From assembly GCA_051439505.1 (NCBI GenBank), contig JBFRWI010000044.1:1-40177 (forward strand): DNA of 40,177 nt. Direction: 5' to 3'. Position 1 is the first letter of the stretch; every line of letters begins with the position of its first letter. The DNA comes from Hormoscilla sp. Its GTDB lineage: Bacteria > Cyanobacteriota > Cyanobacteriia > Cyanobacteriales > Desertifilaceae. A model generated the notes under the pieces. That model was not told the origin of the DNA. It did no database searches and worked only from the letters and a program-made list of their open reading frames with translations. Below are positions 1 through 8,753 of this stretch, one piece after another. The position numbers and the translations under genes were made by a program.

Positions 1-118
1 AGAGGAAAAGGAAAAGTGTCTGGCAGCAGGTATGAATGATTACCTCACCAAGCCCTTGCAATTTGATTCCCTTTTCCAAGCTTTGAGTAAATGTAAAATT
101 TTACAGCATGAATCATAA
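1..118 (+). CDS. 3' end of a receiver-domain protein, probably a hybrid histidine kinase (partial, runs off the window)
   Basis: Manual translation from nt 2: EEKEKCLAAGMNDYLTKPLQFDSLFQALSKCKILQHES*, with TAA at 116-118. CLAAGMNDYLTKP is the typical C-terminal REC motif. Confidence 0.85.
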   Translation, partial: EEKEKCLAAGMNDYLTKPLQFDSLFQALSKCKILQHES

Positions 119-120
119 TA

Positions 121-153
121 AATTCAAAATTCAAAATTCAAAATTCAAAATTC
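121..153. repeat. STRR-type heptamer tandem repeat (AATTCAA)n
   Basis: About 4.7 tandem copies; the same unit recurs at 1133-1164. Confidence 0.9.
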
Positions 154-231
154 GGAAACAAATTGAGGCACGATTATCCGTTATCTGATTTCAAAAAATA
201 TCAGATAATTAGCATTTGAGATGATGGGATT

Positions 232-443
232 CAATACTTCTCGGTTAACAACTTGTCATTGCGAGGGGGGGACACAAACCAACATTTTAGGAAGCACCAC
301 CAGGATCCCCCCCCGAAGCAATCTCATAGGACGCGGGGATTGCTTCGGGGGGGGGTAACTCAATTTCCCATAAGTTAATCGCTACGTACCCCCCCTCGCA
401 ATGACATCCTAATCCTTACTATATCCTTAACCGAGAAGTATTG
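232..443. mobile_element. MITE family A, 212 bp, 17-bp TIR CAATACTTCTCGGTTAA, degenerate 10-bp TSD
   Basis: Perfect TIR pair at 232-248 and 427-443. Flanks are TGATGGGATT (222-231) and TGATAGAATT (444-453). Internal palindrome TGTCATTGCGAG...GAAGCAATC...GATTGCTTC...CTCGCAATGACA. A second copy lies at 38802-39020. Confidence 0.9.
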
Positions 444-451
444 TGATAGAA

Positions 452-1067
452 TTATTCGGGCAACTCAAAGGTGGCAATGGGATAGCTAACACCGGTTCCA
501 TTATCTCCCTCCATGACCCCATCCCCATTCTCATCCCACAACTGCTAGACAAAAAACTGGCATTCTACCTCAATTTTATTTACCCCGGAATTGGCAACAT
601 CAAAATCTAAATTCCCGCTTTTTGTGGCGCATTCAAATTCAGCTTTTTGGCTTTTCTCCGGGTATTTTTTTCGCAATTTTGTTAGGATTTTTTCGCAATT
701 GGGACCGCTACAATTCCAAGAACTGGCAAACCCCGCTTCCTCCCCGGGAAAGGGCAATACGCCTAACCATTCTCCTGTCCTGGATCCATCGGTCCCTTTC
801 CCACTCCAGCAGGCGAAATTGACTCTTTTCCCTTCCCCCGCGCGATCGAATACTGATAATCCTAATATTTGCTTACCCTGGCAGTCTGCTGCGTATTTGT
901 TGACGGGATCGGGGAACCGCGATCGCACCTGATTTAAGACTTCTTCGCAAGCATGTACAATCTCCGATAATTGGAATACTCGGTTGAGTCGGTTGAGTTT
1001 GTTTATTTGTACCCGTGCAAGCAAAGGTCGCTAACCTGGTCGCGATCGCCATTATTCTCTGTTTCAT
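452..1067 (-). pseudogene. Probable disrupted Cys-rich lipoprotein/secreted protein gene (frameshift plus in-frame TAG)
   Basis: A lipoprotein-like N-terminus (MKQRIMAIATRLATFAC) starts at 1067 in one frame and the body is in ORF 545..1024. Past the TAG at 545-547 the same frame continues QLWDENGDGVMEGDNGTGVSYPIATFELPE to TAA at 452-454. Confidence 0.55.
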
Positions 1068-1132
1068 TTTCCTTGATAATTGAGAATTAAACGATCACCT
1101 ATATATTACATTCGTAGGGTGGGCACCTAAGC

Positions 1133-1164
1133 AATTCAAAATTCAAAATTCAGAATTCAAAATT
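1133..1164. repeat. STRR heptamer (AATTCAA)n between two REP-like copies
   Basis: AATTCAA AATTCAA AATTCAG AATTCAA AATT, preceded by a partial REP CGTAGGGTGGGCACC at 1113-1127. Confidence 0.85.
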
Positions 1165-1190
1165 GGGAAAGTAGTTCGACCGACCTATGC

Positions 1191-1211
1191 GTAGGGTGGG
1201 CACCGCCCACC
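1191..1211 (+). repeat. GTAG-tagged REP-like 21-mer GTAGGGTGGGCAnnGCCCACC
   Basis: GTAG followed by hairpin GGTGGGC/GCCCACC. Other copies at 5132, 8690, 10334, 14721, 14754 and 28478. Confidence 0.9.
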
Positions 1212-1226
1212 ATTACTTTACGCTTC

Positions 1227-1369
1227 GTGTTTACTACGAACCCCGAAACACTAAAGTGTTTACTACGAACCCCGAAACACTAAAGTGTTTACTACGAACC
1301 CCGAAACACTAAAGTGTTTACTACGAACCCCGAAACACTAAAGTGTTTACTACGAACCCGCAAACACTA
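1227..1369. repeat. Tandem array of five 29-bp units GTGTTTACTACGAACCCCGAAACACTAAA (GTAG-type palindrome on minus strand)
   Basis: Units start at 1227, 1256, 1285, 1314 and 1343; four are identical and the fifth is diverged. No spacers. Confidence 0.95.
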
Positions 1370-1876
1370 CGAACGGTTGAGAACTCCGGGCCAGTTCCGG
1401 TTCGCCCGATCGATATGACCGGGAATGTCTCTTTCCCAACTTCTCTGTACCCTTCTATTATAGTTGAGATACAGTTTGCCATTGACAATTTTCCAGGCAT
1501 TTGGATCTATAGGTGCCGTGTACCCTTGACTGACTGCCCATGCACAGTAACCACCATATTGGGGCGCGTATCTTTCCGGGTTGTTTGCAAACAAATCCCG
1601 ATTTTCAGCACTGGAAAATTGCCAGGTGGCATTTCCCCAGCGATGGGTAAATTCACGGCTACCAGCAACAGGTTGACCTTGTCGGAAATAGGCCACCGGA
1701 TCCGTGCCCCCGATCGCGATGCCATTTTCTTGGTAAAAGAAGGGGCTACTCCCCTGGGCTAGCATCACCGGAGTGGCTGCATCAGCATTTATATTGGCGC
1801 GGTTGTCCAAGCCTCTAGTTAGTCCGATACTCAGCATTGAGAGGCTGGCCAGGATGGCCAAGGATTTGATTTTCAT
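1367..1876 (-). CDS. Secreted YHS-domain-family protein
   Basis: Signal peptide, then AIGGTDPVAYF, WQFSSAENRDLF..NPERYAPQYGGYCAWAV and IDPNAWKIVNGKLYLN. Confidence 0.9.
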   Translation of the reverse strand: MKIKSLAILASLSMLSIGLTRGLDNRANINADAATPVMLAQGSSPFFYQENGIAIGGTDPVAYFRQGQPVAGSREFTHRWGNATWQFSSAENRDLFANNPERYAPQYGGYCAWAVSQGYTAPIDPNAWKIVNGKLYLNYNRRVQRSWERDIPGHIDRANRNWPGVLNRS

Positions 1877-1969
1877 GGGCTATGGGCTAGGTTTTCTCTT
1901 CGACTATCTACGATTAAAGATAACATAAATGAGTAAAGCCTGAGAAATAGCTGGGCGATCGGTGAAATT

Positions 1970-3166
1970 TTAATTTTTCTGTAGTTGGCCCTGGAGATAT
2001 TGTAAAATCAACATGCCAATGCCGACGCTGACTGCGGCAACTAACCAGAAACTATCGGCAATGTAACGCGATCGATCTAAGGCCCATCCCCCCAGGGTAG
2101 GACCGATGAAATACCCGATCGCCCAACATTGAGCGTTGAGAGACATATATATTCCCCGCAGGGATGGAGGGGCTAAGTCGGCGACGAAGGCAGATGCAGA
2201 GGGCGTATAGGCAGCAGTAGCTAAGGCCATAATTGACAGTGCCAAAATTGCCCAAATTACCCCATCCATCACTCCTGTTACCCAAATTAACCCAAAGCCT
2301 ATTTCCCATAGTAGCAAAGAAATACCTAAGGCTTGAGGACGGCTAAAACGATTCAGCCAGCGGGCAAGGGGTAATTGACAGAGGGCGACAAAGACAATAT
2401 ACCAGGTGAACAAACCGCTGATAATTTTGGGATCGAATCCCCTGACAAAATTGCTCAGATACAGGGGTAGGGTACTTTGTAATTGAGACAGGTAGGTGGT
2501 AAACATGATATTCACTACAAAGAATATCATTAGAGGCCGATCGCGCCATGCCACCATCCAACCCGGTCGCCTCTGGTTGCTGTCATGCTTGCTGAAGTCA
2601 CCTGTTTCCGCGATCGCTTTATACACTATGCCAAAGAAAATCACAAATGAGATACCATCGATCGCAAATAAAACTCGATAATTGACAGATGCTGCCATCA
2701 AGGCCCCTCCCAAAACCACTCCGATCGACAAGCCCAGATTATCTGCCAGCCGCATGATGGCAAATGTTTCGTTACGCTGCCCGTCAGTTGTCAGATCTGC
2801 TACTGCTGCTTCTGTCGCTGGCCAGTAAAGACCAATTCCCAAACCCATCAACAAGTTACCAATTATAAAGATGGGCAAGTTATTGGTGAAGATAAACACC
2901 AGATCTGCTAATGCAGAAATTGCTGCCGAAAGCAAAAGCGTGCCTCGCCGTCCCACCAATGGAGAGTCAGCGAAGGTTCCTCCCCAGAAGCGACCCATCA
3001 CTCCAGAGATGGCACCGCTACCGATGCCTATTCCCACCGCCGCCGCTGATAAACCCAGCTGATTTACGAACAAGATGGGGGCGTAGAATCGGGTAAATCC
3101 ATTGCCAATTTGGGATAAGCAGCGACCCGCTGCTAAAATACTGACTTGGGGTGGAAAACTTTTCAA
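1970..3166 (-). CDS. MFS transporter
   Basis: 398 aa with about 12 hydrophobic segments and motif A-like G.FADSPLVGRRGTLL. Confidence 0.92.
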   Translation of the reverse strand: MKSFPPQVSILAAGRCLSQIGNGFTRFYAPILFVNQLGLSAAAVGIGIGSGAISGVMGRFWGGTFADSPLVGRRGTLLLSAAISALADLVFIFTNNLPIFIIGNLLMGLGIGLYWPATEAAVADLTTDGQRNETFAIMRLADNLGLSIGVVLGGALMAASVNYRVLFAIDGISFVIFFGIVYKAIAETGDFSKHDSNQRRPGWMVAWRDRPLMIFFVVNIMFTTYLSQLQSTLPLYLSNFVRGFDPKIISGLFTWYIVFVALCQLPLARWLNRFSRPQALGISLLLWEIGFGLIWVTGVMDGVIWAILALSIMALATAAYTPSASAFVADLAPPSLRGIYMSLNAQCWAIGYFIGPTLGGWALDRSRYIADSFWLVAAVSVGIGMLILQYLQGQLQKN

Positions 3167-3564
3167 TCCTTCCAGTCTTTCTCCTCAGTGGGTTCGTAAT
3201 GGGGGCAATTTTCACATGGCCCTTCGGGATTTACTGCACAGCGGATGTAAGCAGAACGGGCATTATAGTAGCAACTGACATCTCCAATCAGTAGACCTAT
3301 ACCCTCTATATAATGATGCTCCGAGGGGAGCTGAGGTACTGGCGGTGGCATTTCCAGGCTTGGCTGCTCGACGGCGGGCGATCGCATCATCGCCTGGGTC
3401 GATATTTCCATCTGAGATACCACCCGCTGTTGCTTGGACCCCTCTACTTTATACATCATCCACACTGAAAGTGCAGTAGAGGGCATCAGACCTAGGGAAA
3501 TAACTAACAAAATCTCTTCTAACACAGCAGGAGTTTTCTTTTCACTTCGGTGAGTTTTTCGCAT
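3163..3564 (-). CDS. DUF6464-like cyanobacterial protein (start uncertain)
   Basis: N-terminal TM helix and C-terminal IGDVSCYYNARSAYIRCAVNPEGPCENCPHYE; 4-nt overlap with the MFS start. Confidence 0.8.
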   Translation of the reverse strand: MRKTHRSEKKTPAVLEEILLVISLGLMPSTALSVWMMYKVEGSKQQRVVSQMEISTQAMMRSPAVEQPSLEMPPPVPQLPSEHHYIEGIGLLIGDVSCYYNARSAYIRCAVNPEGPCENCPHYEPTEEKDWKD

Positions 3565-3724
3565 TTCGGACTACCTGGGCGGAAGTACTCTCCCTGTTTG
3601 GAGCCGATTTCCCTTATACAGGGTCTCTCCGATCATAGCGGTATGCAGGCAAGACTGCCAAGTCCCTCTAGTATTATGTCACCTTTCGTGCCACAATGGC
3701 TGACGACGAGGGGGCAGTTCTTTT

Positions 3725-4282
3725 ATGAAAGAAATCAAAAAGTGGAATATTTTGCAATCCCGCCTGGTTTTTGACAACCCGTGGTGCCAAGTCAGGCAGG
3801 ATGAAATCCAGTTACCCAATGGCCAGGTTATCGATGACTATTTTATCACCATTCGACCAGATGTTGCTCTCGTGCTTCCCATTACCCAGGCCCAGGAAAT
3901 TGTTTTCGTCCGCCAATACCGACATGGGGTCGGGGAAATCTTGTTAGAGCTTCCCGCTGGCCATTTTTACCCAGAGCGGGAAACCGGTGCATCTGCTGCT
4001 GCCAGAGAGCTTCGAGAAGAAACTGGTTATGTCGCCCCGCAACTGATTAAACTGGCCACTCTCTATGATAATCCCGTCAAGGACACCAATCTCATCCATG
4101 TTTTTTTGGCAGAAAATGCTGCTAAGTTTGGCGAACAACAGCTTGACATCACCGAAGACATTGAAGTAGTATTAATTCCAGTAGCAGAAGTAATGCAGCG
4201 GATATTCAAAGGCGAAATTTGTGTATCTGGCACGATCGCTGCTATTGTCTTGGGCTTAGAATACCTCCTCAAAAAAGGCTAG
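3725..4282 (+). CDS. NUDIX hydrolase (ADP-ribose pyrophosphatase-like)
   Basis: Nudix box ELPAG...AAARELREETG, with RQYR upstream. Confidence 0.93.
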   Translation: MKEIKKWNILQSRLVFDNPWCQVRQDEIQLPNGQVIDDYFITIRPDVALVLPITQAQEIVFVRQYRHGVGEILLELPAGHFYPERETGASAAARELREETGYVAPQLIKLATLYDNPVKDTNLIHVFLAENAAKFGEQQLDITEDIEVVLIPVAEVMQRIFKGEICVSGTIAAIVLGLEYLLKKG

Positions 4283-4285
4283 AAA

Positions 4286-4942
4286 ATGAACGATCGACAA
4301 GAGAACGATCTTTACAAGCAACCTCCTGCTCTGCCAACGGTACATCTGAGAGCGGCACCTCTACCGGCGATCGGACTGCTGGCGGTTCACCTGTATTTTG
4401 TGGTCTCCAGCGGTCCTGATCGTCCCTGGGAAAGGTGGGAAGTCTGGCAATGGCGAAATCTTTTTCGGGAGCGGAAAAATCCCAGACAAAAAGCTTACGG
4501 TCATCTGCATGTTAATCTGATGGCTCCTTTGAGTGGAATAGGTGGCGGTCCCAGTTTTATGGTGCAAACCTGGGATGGAGAAACGGCGGCAAAAATTATT
4601 GCGGTTCTCCACGAACAGGCGGAAAATTATATTTCTCGTAGATATTTCCTTTGGCCCGGACCGAACTCCAATACCTATGTTGCCAGAATTATTAATTCTG
4701 CTGGCGTTCCTGCTTCTTTTCCCGGAACCGCGATCGGGAAAGATTGGGATGGCATTTTAAATTTTAAGTTTTCACGCGCTCCCTTCCGTTTAATTTGTCA
4801 GACGCCGCTAATTGGTGTTAATCTTTCCTTAACAGAAGACCTGGAACTAAATTTTTTGGGAGGGACGATCCTGGGGATAAATTTTCGCTTTCAGGAGTTG
4901 AAATTTCCTTTGGGTAGAGGGATAATTAAATTATGCCGTTGA
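4286..4942 (+). CDS. DUF3750-like protein
   Basis: RWEVWQ and YFLWPGPNSNTYVA...PGTAIGKD motifs; starts 3 nt after the NUDIX stop. Confidence 0.75.
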   Translation: MNDRQENDLYKQPPALPTVHLRAAPLPAIGLLAVHLYFVVSSGPDRPWERWEVWQWRNLFRERKNPRQKAYGHLHVNLMAPLSGIGGGPSFMVQTWDGETAAKIIAVLHEQAENYISRRYFLWPGPNSNTYVARIINSAGVPASFPGTAIGKDWDGILNFKFSRAPFRLICQTPLIGVNLSLTEDLELNFLGGTILGINFRFQELKFPLGRGIIKLCR

Positions 4943-5039
4943 GAGTTAATTGTACTGAAAATTCACGATAACTAAATAAACCATTTCTCTAGGCTGTTTT
5001 CAATCGGTTTCAACTCAGATATTGCACGATAAGGTAAAG

Positions 5040-5093
5040 AGTCGGTTTTCAACCGACTTTAGCTATTAGCCGTGGGTTTGAACCCACGGCGGG
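5040..5093. repeat. Double-hairpin repeat (family B core)
   Basis: AGTCGGTT..AACCGACT TTAGCTATTA GCCGTGGGTT..AACCCACGGC, matching the copies at 10684-10814 and 23400-23512. Confidence 0.9.
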
Positions 5094-5131
5094 CCAGGAG
5101 ACTAATTGACTAATTGAGATGCACCCGACAT

Positions 5132-5152
5132 GGTGGGCGATGCCCACCCTAC
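5132..5152 (-). repeat. GTAG-tagged REP-like 21-mer overlapping a stop codon
   Basis: GGTGGGCGATGCCCACCCTAC; CTA at 5149-5151 is the TAG of the 575-aa ORF. Confidence 0.9.
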
Positions 5153-6876
5153 GATTGCTTGAGTATACAGTTGGCATCAAGGACAACCATTCCCCGGGTT
5201 TGGAAAGCCTGACAGCTATTTATTACTTTGGCTAAAGCTGGGGTTTTTCCCTGTTTCATATTATCGATCGCCGCTTGAGCAGGTTGCAGTTTTCTAATCC
5301 AGCGTTGTCCCCTAGAAGAGATATATTCTGGTGTTAGGGCTCCAGGATCTAGTAAAATGAAGTCTACTCCATAGGTCTGAATGAATTTTTTAACTTCTGC
5401 TAAGTCGGGACTGTATTGTGCCTGGACTAAGTCAAGCAGGCGCTGGCGAAATTGGCGGTAGTAGCCCAGTTGATAGGGAATGGCATATTCTCTGGCTACC
5501 AAAACCGATCGCTGGGTAAAGCTGGGTAGGCGATCGGCTTCTTCGGCGACCGAAGCAATTAAAATGTCTTTGGGTTGCTGCCTGAAGAATTGGTATAATT
5601 CTGGTAATTCACCATGTTTGTAAGAAGCTTTGGGGAAGCTTTTGACAAAGCTGGGATAGCACAGCAGGCTAATACTGACGATCGCCACTGTTACCCATGC
5701 TATTATTTGACGAGGAAAATTTCCCTGCTGGGCCCAGCTTAACAGGGCGTCCAGGATCAGGGTGAAGGCGATCGCACTTGCCAAGACGATGACAACTCGA
5801 AAGCTATAACCGGTGTAGCGACTGGGTAAATGCAGCTTGAACAGCAGGGCGTGGGCAGCACAAAAAAGGGCGATCGAGGCCAGCAGCATTTGCGGTAAAA
5901 TTTTGATGCCACTGCGCAGCTGCTTTCCCAAGGGAAAACGACTGCTAAAGGCCAGCAGCAAGGGTAATAATAATCCCACACAGAGGGTAACTGGGGTTAG
6001 TATAGCTTTGGGAAACATGCCGCTGCGACCGCCAAATAGGAAAAAATCCCAAGGGTTTTCATTGAAGAAGCTACTGCGTCCTTTGGGCCAAAATTCTGGT
6101 AATGTTTTAGCTTCAGCTACGGCGATCGCCGGTCCATATTCAGAGGTATTTAAGGCGAAGGGCAATAATATCAAGAAAGTTACTCCTAACCCCGCAGCAC
6201 AGAAGATATAATCGGACCGTCGTTGAGAAAACTTCAGTTTGCCATTTTCCCAGTCTAGCAAGCGCAGCACCAGGATAGCGGCACAGAGTAGCAAGACTTG
6301 AGGGTAGAATAGTCCTAACAGGGCGATCGCCCCTAAAGTGGGCCATAATTTTCCTCGTAATAGATAGTAGAGAAACGCCAGCAGCAGTGGATAGGCAAAA
6401 GCCCTGGGAGTTGCGGAAATTATATCATCCTTAAAGCCCATATGTTGGTTGAACAGCAATGTGGCAATAAACCCAGCAGCGGGGATGGGAAAAATCTCCA
6501 AGCAGAGACCAAAGCAATAACCAGTAATGATTATACCCAGCACCGGGGGCAGCAGTTTATTGAAAAATAAGGGATTGATGCCCGCAGCGGCGGCCAGGCG
6601 GTAAATGCTAGTATATCCTGCTGGGGCCACTGACTGAAAATAATCGGCAATCAAATCATTGGGAAATAACTGCGGGTCCAGAAATCGTACCATCCAAAAT
6701 ACATGTTGTCGCGCGTCATCCTGCACTACATACTCGCCGTCAAAAGCTTTGCGTAACCCCAACCATGCATAAATAAGAGCAAATGTCAAGCTGAGGCAGA
6801 ACCAAAAGATCATCTGGCCGCGAGAGGTTTTCGCAGTTGGGGTAGTAATCAACTCGTGCAGGCGCGTCAATAACAT
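5149..6876 (-). CDS. Polytopic membrane protein, possibly a GT-C fold glycosyltransferase
   Basis: 575 aa with many TM segments, acidic QDDARQH after TM1 and a soluble C-terminal domain; divergent from the GT39 genes. Confidence 0.75.
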   Translation of the reverse strand: MLLTRLHELITTPTAKTSRGQMIFWFCLSLTFALIYAWLGLRKAFDGEYVVQDDARQHVFWMVRFLDPQLFPNDLIADYFQSVAPAGYTSIYRLAAAAGINPLFFNKLLPPVLGIIITGYCFGLCLEIFPIPAAGFIATLLFNQHMGFKDDIISATPRAFAYPLLLAFLYYLLRGKLWPTLGAIALLGLFYPQVLLLCAAILVLRLLDWENGKLKFSQRRSDYIFCAAGLGVTFLILLPFALNTSEYGPAIAVAEAKTLPEFWPKGRSSFFNENPWDFFLFGGRSGMFPKAILTPVTLCVGLLLPLLLAFSSRFPLGKQLRSGIKILPQMLLASIALFCAAHALLFKLHLPSRYTGYSFRVVIVLASAIAFTLILDALLSWAQQGNFPRQIIAWVTVAIVSISLLCYPSFVKSFPKASYKHGELPELYQFFRQQPKDILIASVAEEADRLPSFTQRSVLVAREYAIPYQLGYYRQFRQRLLDLVQAQYSPDLAEVKKFIQTYGVDFILLDPGALTPEYISSRGQRWIRKLQPAQAAIDNMKQGKTPALAKVINSCQAFQTRGMVVLDANCILKQS

Positions 6877-6966
6877 GGTAATGTACTACATTAGTGGTAT
6901 AGACAAGAATCACATTTAATTGTAAGCTAGGGGAAGCTACAAAGCAATCTCTTTGATTTGACATCT

Positions 6967-8598
6967 ATGAACTGGAAGTGGATTCACAAGCAGAATGGGA
7001 GAATCTCCCCCTTGGGGTTTGCGATCGTCGTACTATTGATTCTAGGAGTTTGGTTTCGGTTTGCCAATCTCGACCAGAAGGTTTGCTGGGGTGACGAGAT
7101 TATTAGTTCGTTCCGCATGGCCGGTTACACTCAAGAAGAGGTCGATCGGCAGCTTTTTAACGGGGAAATCCACAGTCCGGCCTATTTTCAGCATTTTCAG
7201 CACCTTACTCCCGAGAGAAACCTATCCGATACCCTGGATTCTTTAGTGGTAGAAGCCCCAGAACATGCGCCGCTTTATTTTACCATCGGGCGGTTTTGGC
7301 AGCAACTATTTGGGGATTCCCTGTTTGTCAGAAGAAGTTTGCCTGTCCTGATTAACTTGCTAGCCATTCCGGCTATCTATTGGCTGGGCTACTTATTGTT
7401 TGCTTCCCACAGGGCGGCAGGAATAGCTGCTGGTCTGCTGGCGATTTCCCCTTTTCAGATATTATACGCCCAGGAAGTGCGACAATATAGTTTGTGGACT
7501 CTGACGATCGTGTTCTCCAGCGCCGCCCTCTTATCTGCCATGACCCGCAAAACTAAGGTCAGTTGGGTGATTTACTCCTTCAGTTTAGCAATAGGTTTCT
7601 ATACATTTATGTTTTCGGCATTGGTGGCAGGGGCCCAAGGGATTTATCTAATTTACACCGAAGGGTTGCGCCTCACCCAAACCGTGAAACAATATCTACT
7701 AGCCCTGGTAGCAGGTATCTTGATGTTTCTGCCTTGGGGTTTGGTAATCTTAATCAATTTCGGTGATATCCAGTCAGCGATGGACTGGACGGGAAAAAAG
7801 GCCAAAAATATGTATGTCATCCGCTTCTGGATCTTAAACTTGGTGAGTAACTTTGTCGAGTTTCGAGATCCGGAAGATCCCTTTACCTTTAGAATGGACT
7901 TAGACCGACCCCTGACATACTATATTATTTTCATCCTCGCCCTAGTGGGCTATGCCATCTATTGGCTATGTCGGCAAAAGCGAATTTGGACATTTGTCTT
8001 AATGTTGATGGCCGGAACGGTGTTTCCCCTTTTACTTCCAGATATTATCTTCGGAGGACAGCGCACCAGTATTGGCAGATATCTGATTCCCTGTTATTTA
8101 TCCATTCAGTTAGCAGTTGCTTATCTCTTCGCCTCTAAGATCGCCGATCGATCTAGGATAACACGTAAATTCTGGCAGTTGGTGATGTTGCTTGTCATTG
8201 CTTCGGGAGTAACTTCGGGGGTGTTAATTTCTCACTCCCAGACTGCTTGGACTAAGTATGCTGACTATTATAACGATCGCATAGCGACCATAGTCAACCA
8301 AGCACCGTCACCGCTGTTAATTGGAGATGTTACCTTAAATACAACTCAAAGTCGCCTAATGTCCTTGAGTTATTTGCTGAAACCGGAGGCGCGAATTCAG
8401 GGATTTCTGCCGGAAAACCTGCATCAATTCGACGGTCGGGGGTTCAGCGATATCTTTTTACTGACGGTGAGGCGACAGGAACCTTTACCAGGGATCCTGA
8501 TGCAACATGAAAATTATCATGTAGAATTGTTACATCTCTGGGACATGTCTTATAAAAGACGTAAGATTAGACTCTGGAAAGTTACGCGAATTGGATAA
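6967..8598 (+). CDS. GT39/ArnT/PMT-like membrane glycosyltransferase
   Basis: RFANLDQKVCWGDE, PEHAPLYF and SPFQILYAQEVRQYSLW motifs. ATG at 6967 preferred over TTG at 6958. Confidence 0.9.
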   Translation: MNWKWIHKQNGRISPLGFAIVVLLILGVWFRFANLDQKVCWGDEIISSFRMAGYTQEEVDRQLFNGEIHSPAYFQHFQHLTPERNLSDTLDSLVVEAPEHAPLYFTIGRFWQQLFGDSLFVRRSLPVLINLLAIPAIYWLGYLLFASHRAAGIAAGLLAISPFQILYAQEVRQYSLWTLTIVFSSAALLSAMTRKTKVSWVIYSFSLAIGFYTFMFSALVAGAQGIYLIYTEGLRLTQTVKQYLLALVAGILMFLPWGLVILINFGDIQSAMDWTGKKAKNMYVIRFWILNLVSNFVEFRDPEDPFTFRMDLDRPLTYYIIFILALVGYAIYWLCRQKRIWTFVLMLMAGTVFPLLLPDIIFGGQRTSIGRYLIPCYLSIQLAVAYLFASKIADRSRITRKFWQLVMLLVIASGVTSGVLISHSQTAWTKYADYYNDRIATIVNQAPSPLLIGDVTLNTTQSRLMSLSYLLKPEARIQGFLPENLHQFDGRGFSDIFLLTVRRQEPLPGILMQHENYHVELLHLWDMSYKRRKIRLWKVTRIG

Positions 8599-8664
8599 TG
8601 GCTAATTGCTAATGGCTAATTGCTAATGGATAATGGCTAATTGCTAATGGCTAATGGCTAATTG
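8596..8664. repeat. STRR heptamer array (TAATGGC/TAATTGC)n
   Basis: About 10 degenerate heptamers beginning at the stop codon. Confidence 0.9.
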
Positions 8665-8689
8665 AGAAGAGGTAGTTATGGGTCAGTAA

Positions 8690-8710
8690 GGTGGGCATTG
8701 CCCACCCTAC
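8690..8710 (-). repeat. GTAG-tagged REP-like 21-mer
   Basis: GGTGGGCATTGCCCACCCTAC. Confidence 0.9.
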
Positions 8711-8753
8711 AGATGGTGGTTATGGGTAAGTTATGAACGATAAATAATTCAAA

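Noticed and set aside
1227..1369. 29-bp repeats as a CRISPR array
   Set aside because: Units are head-to-tail with no unique spacers, and there are no cas genes in the window.
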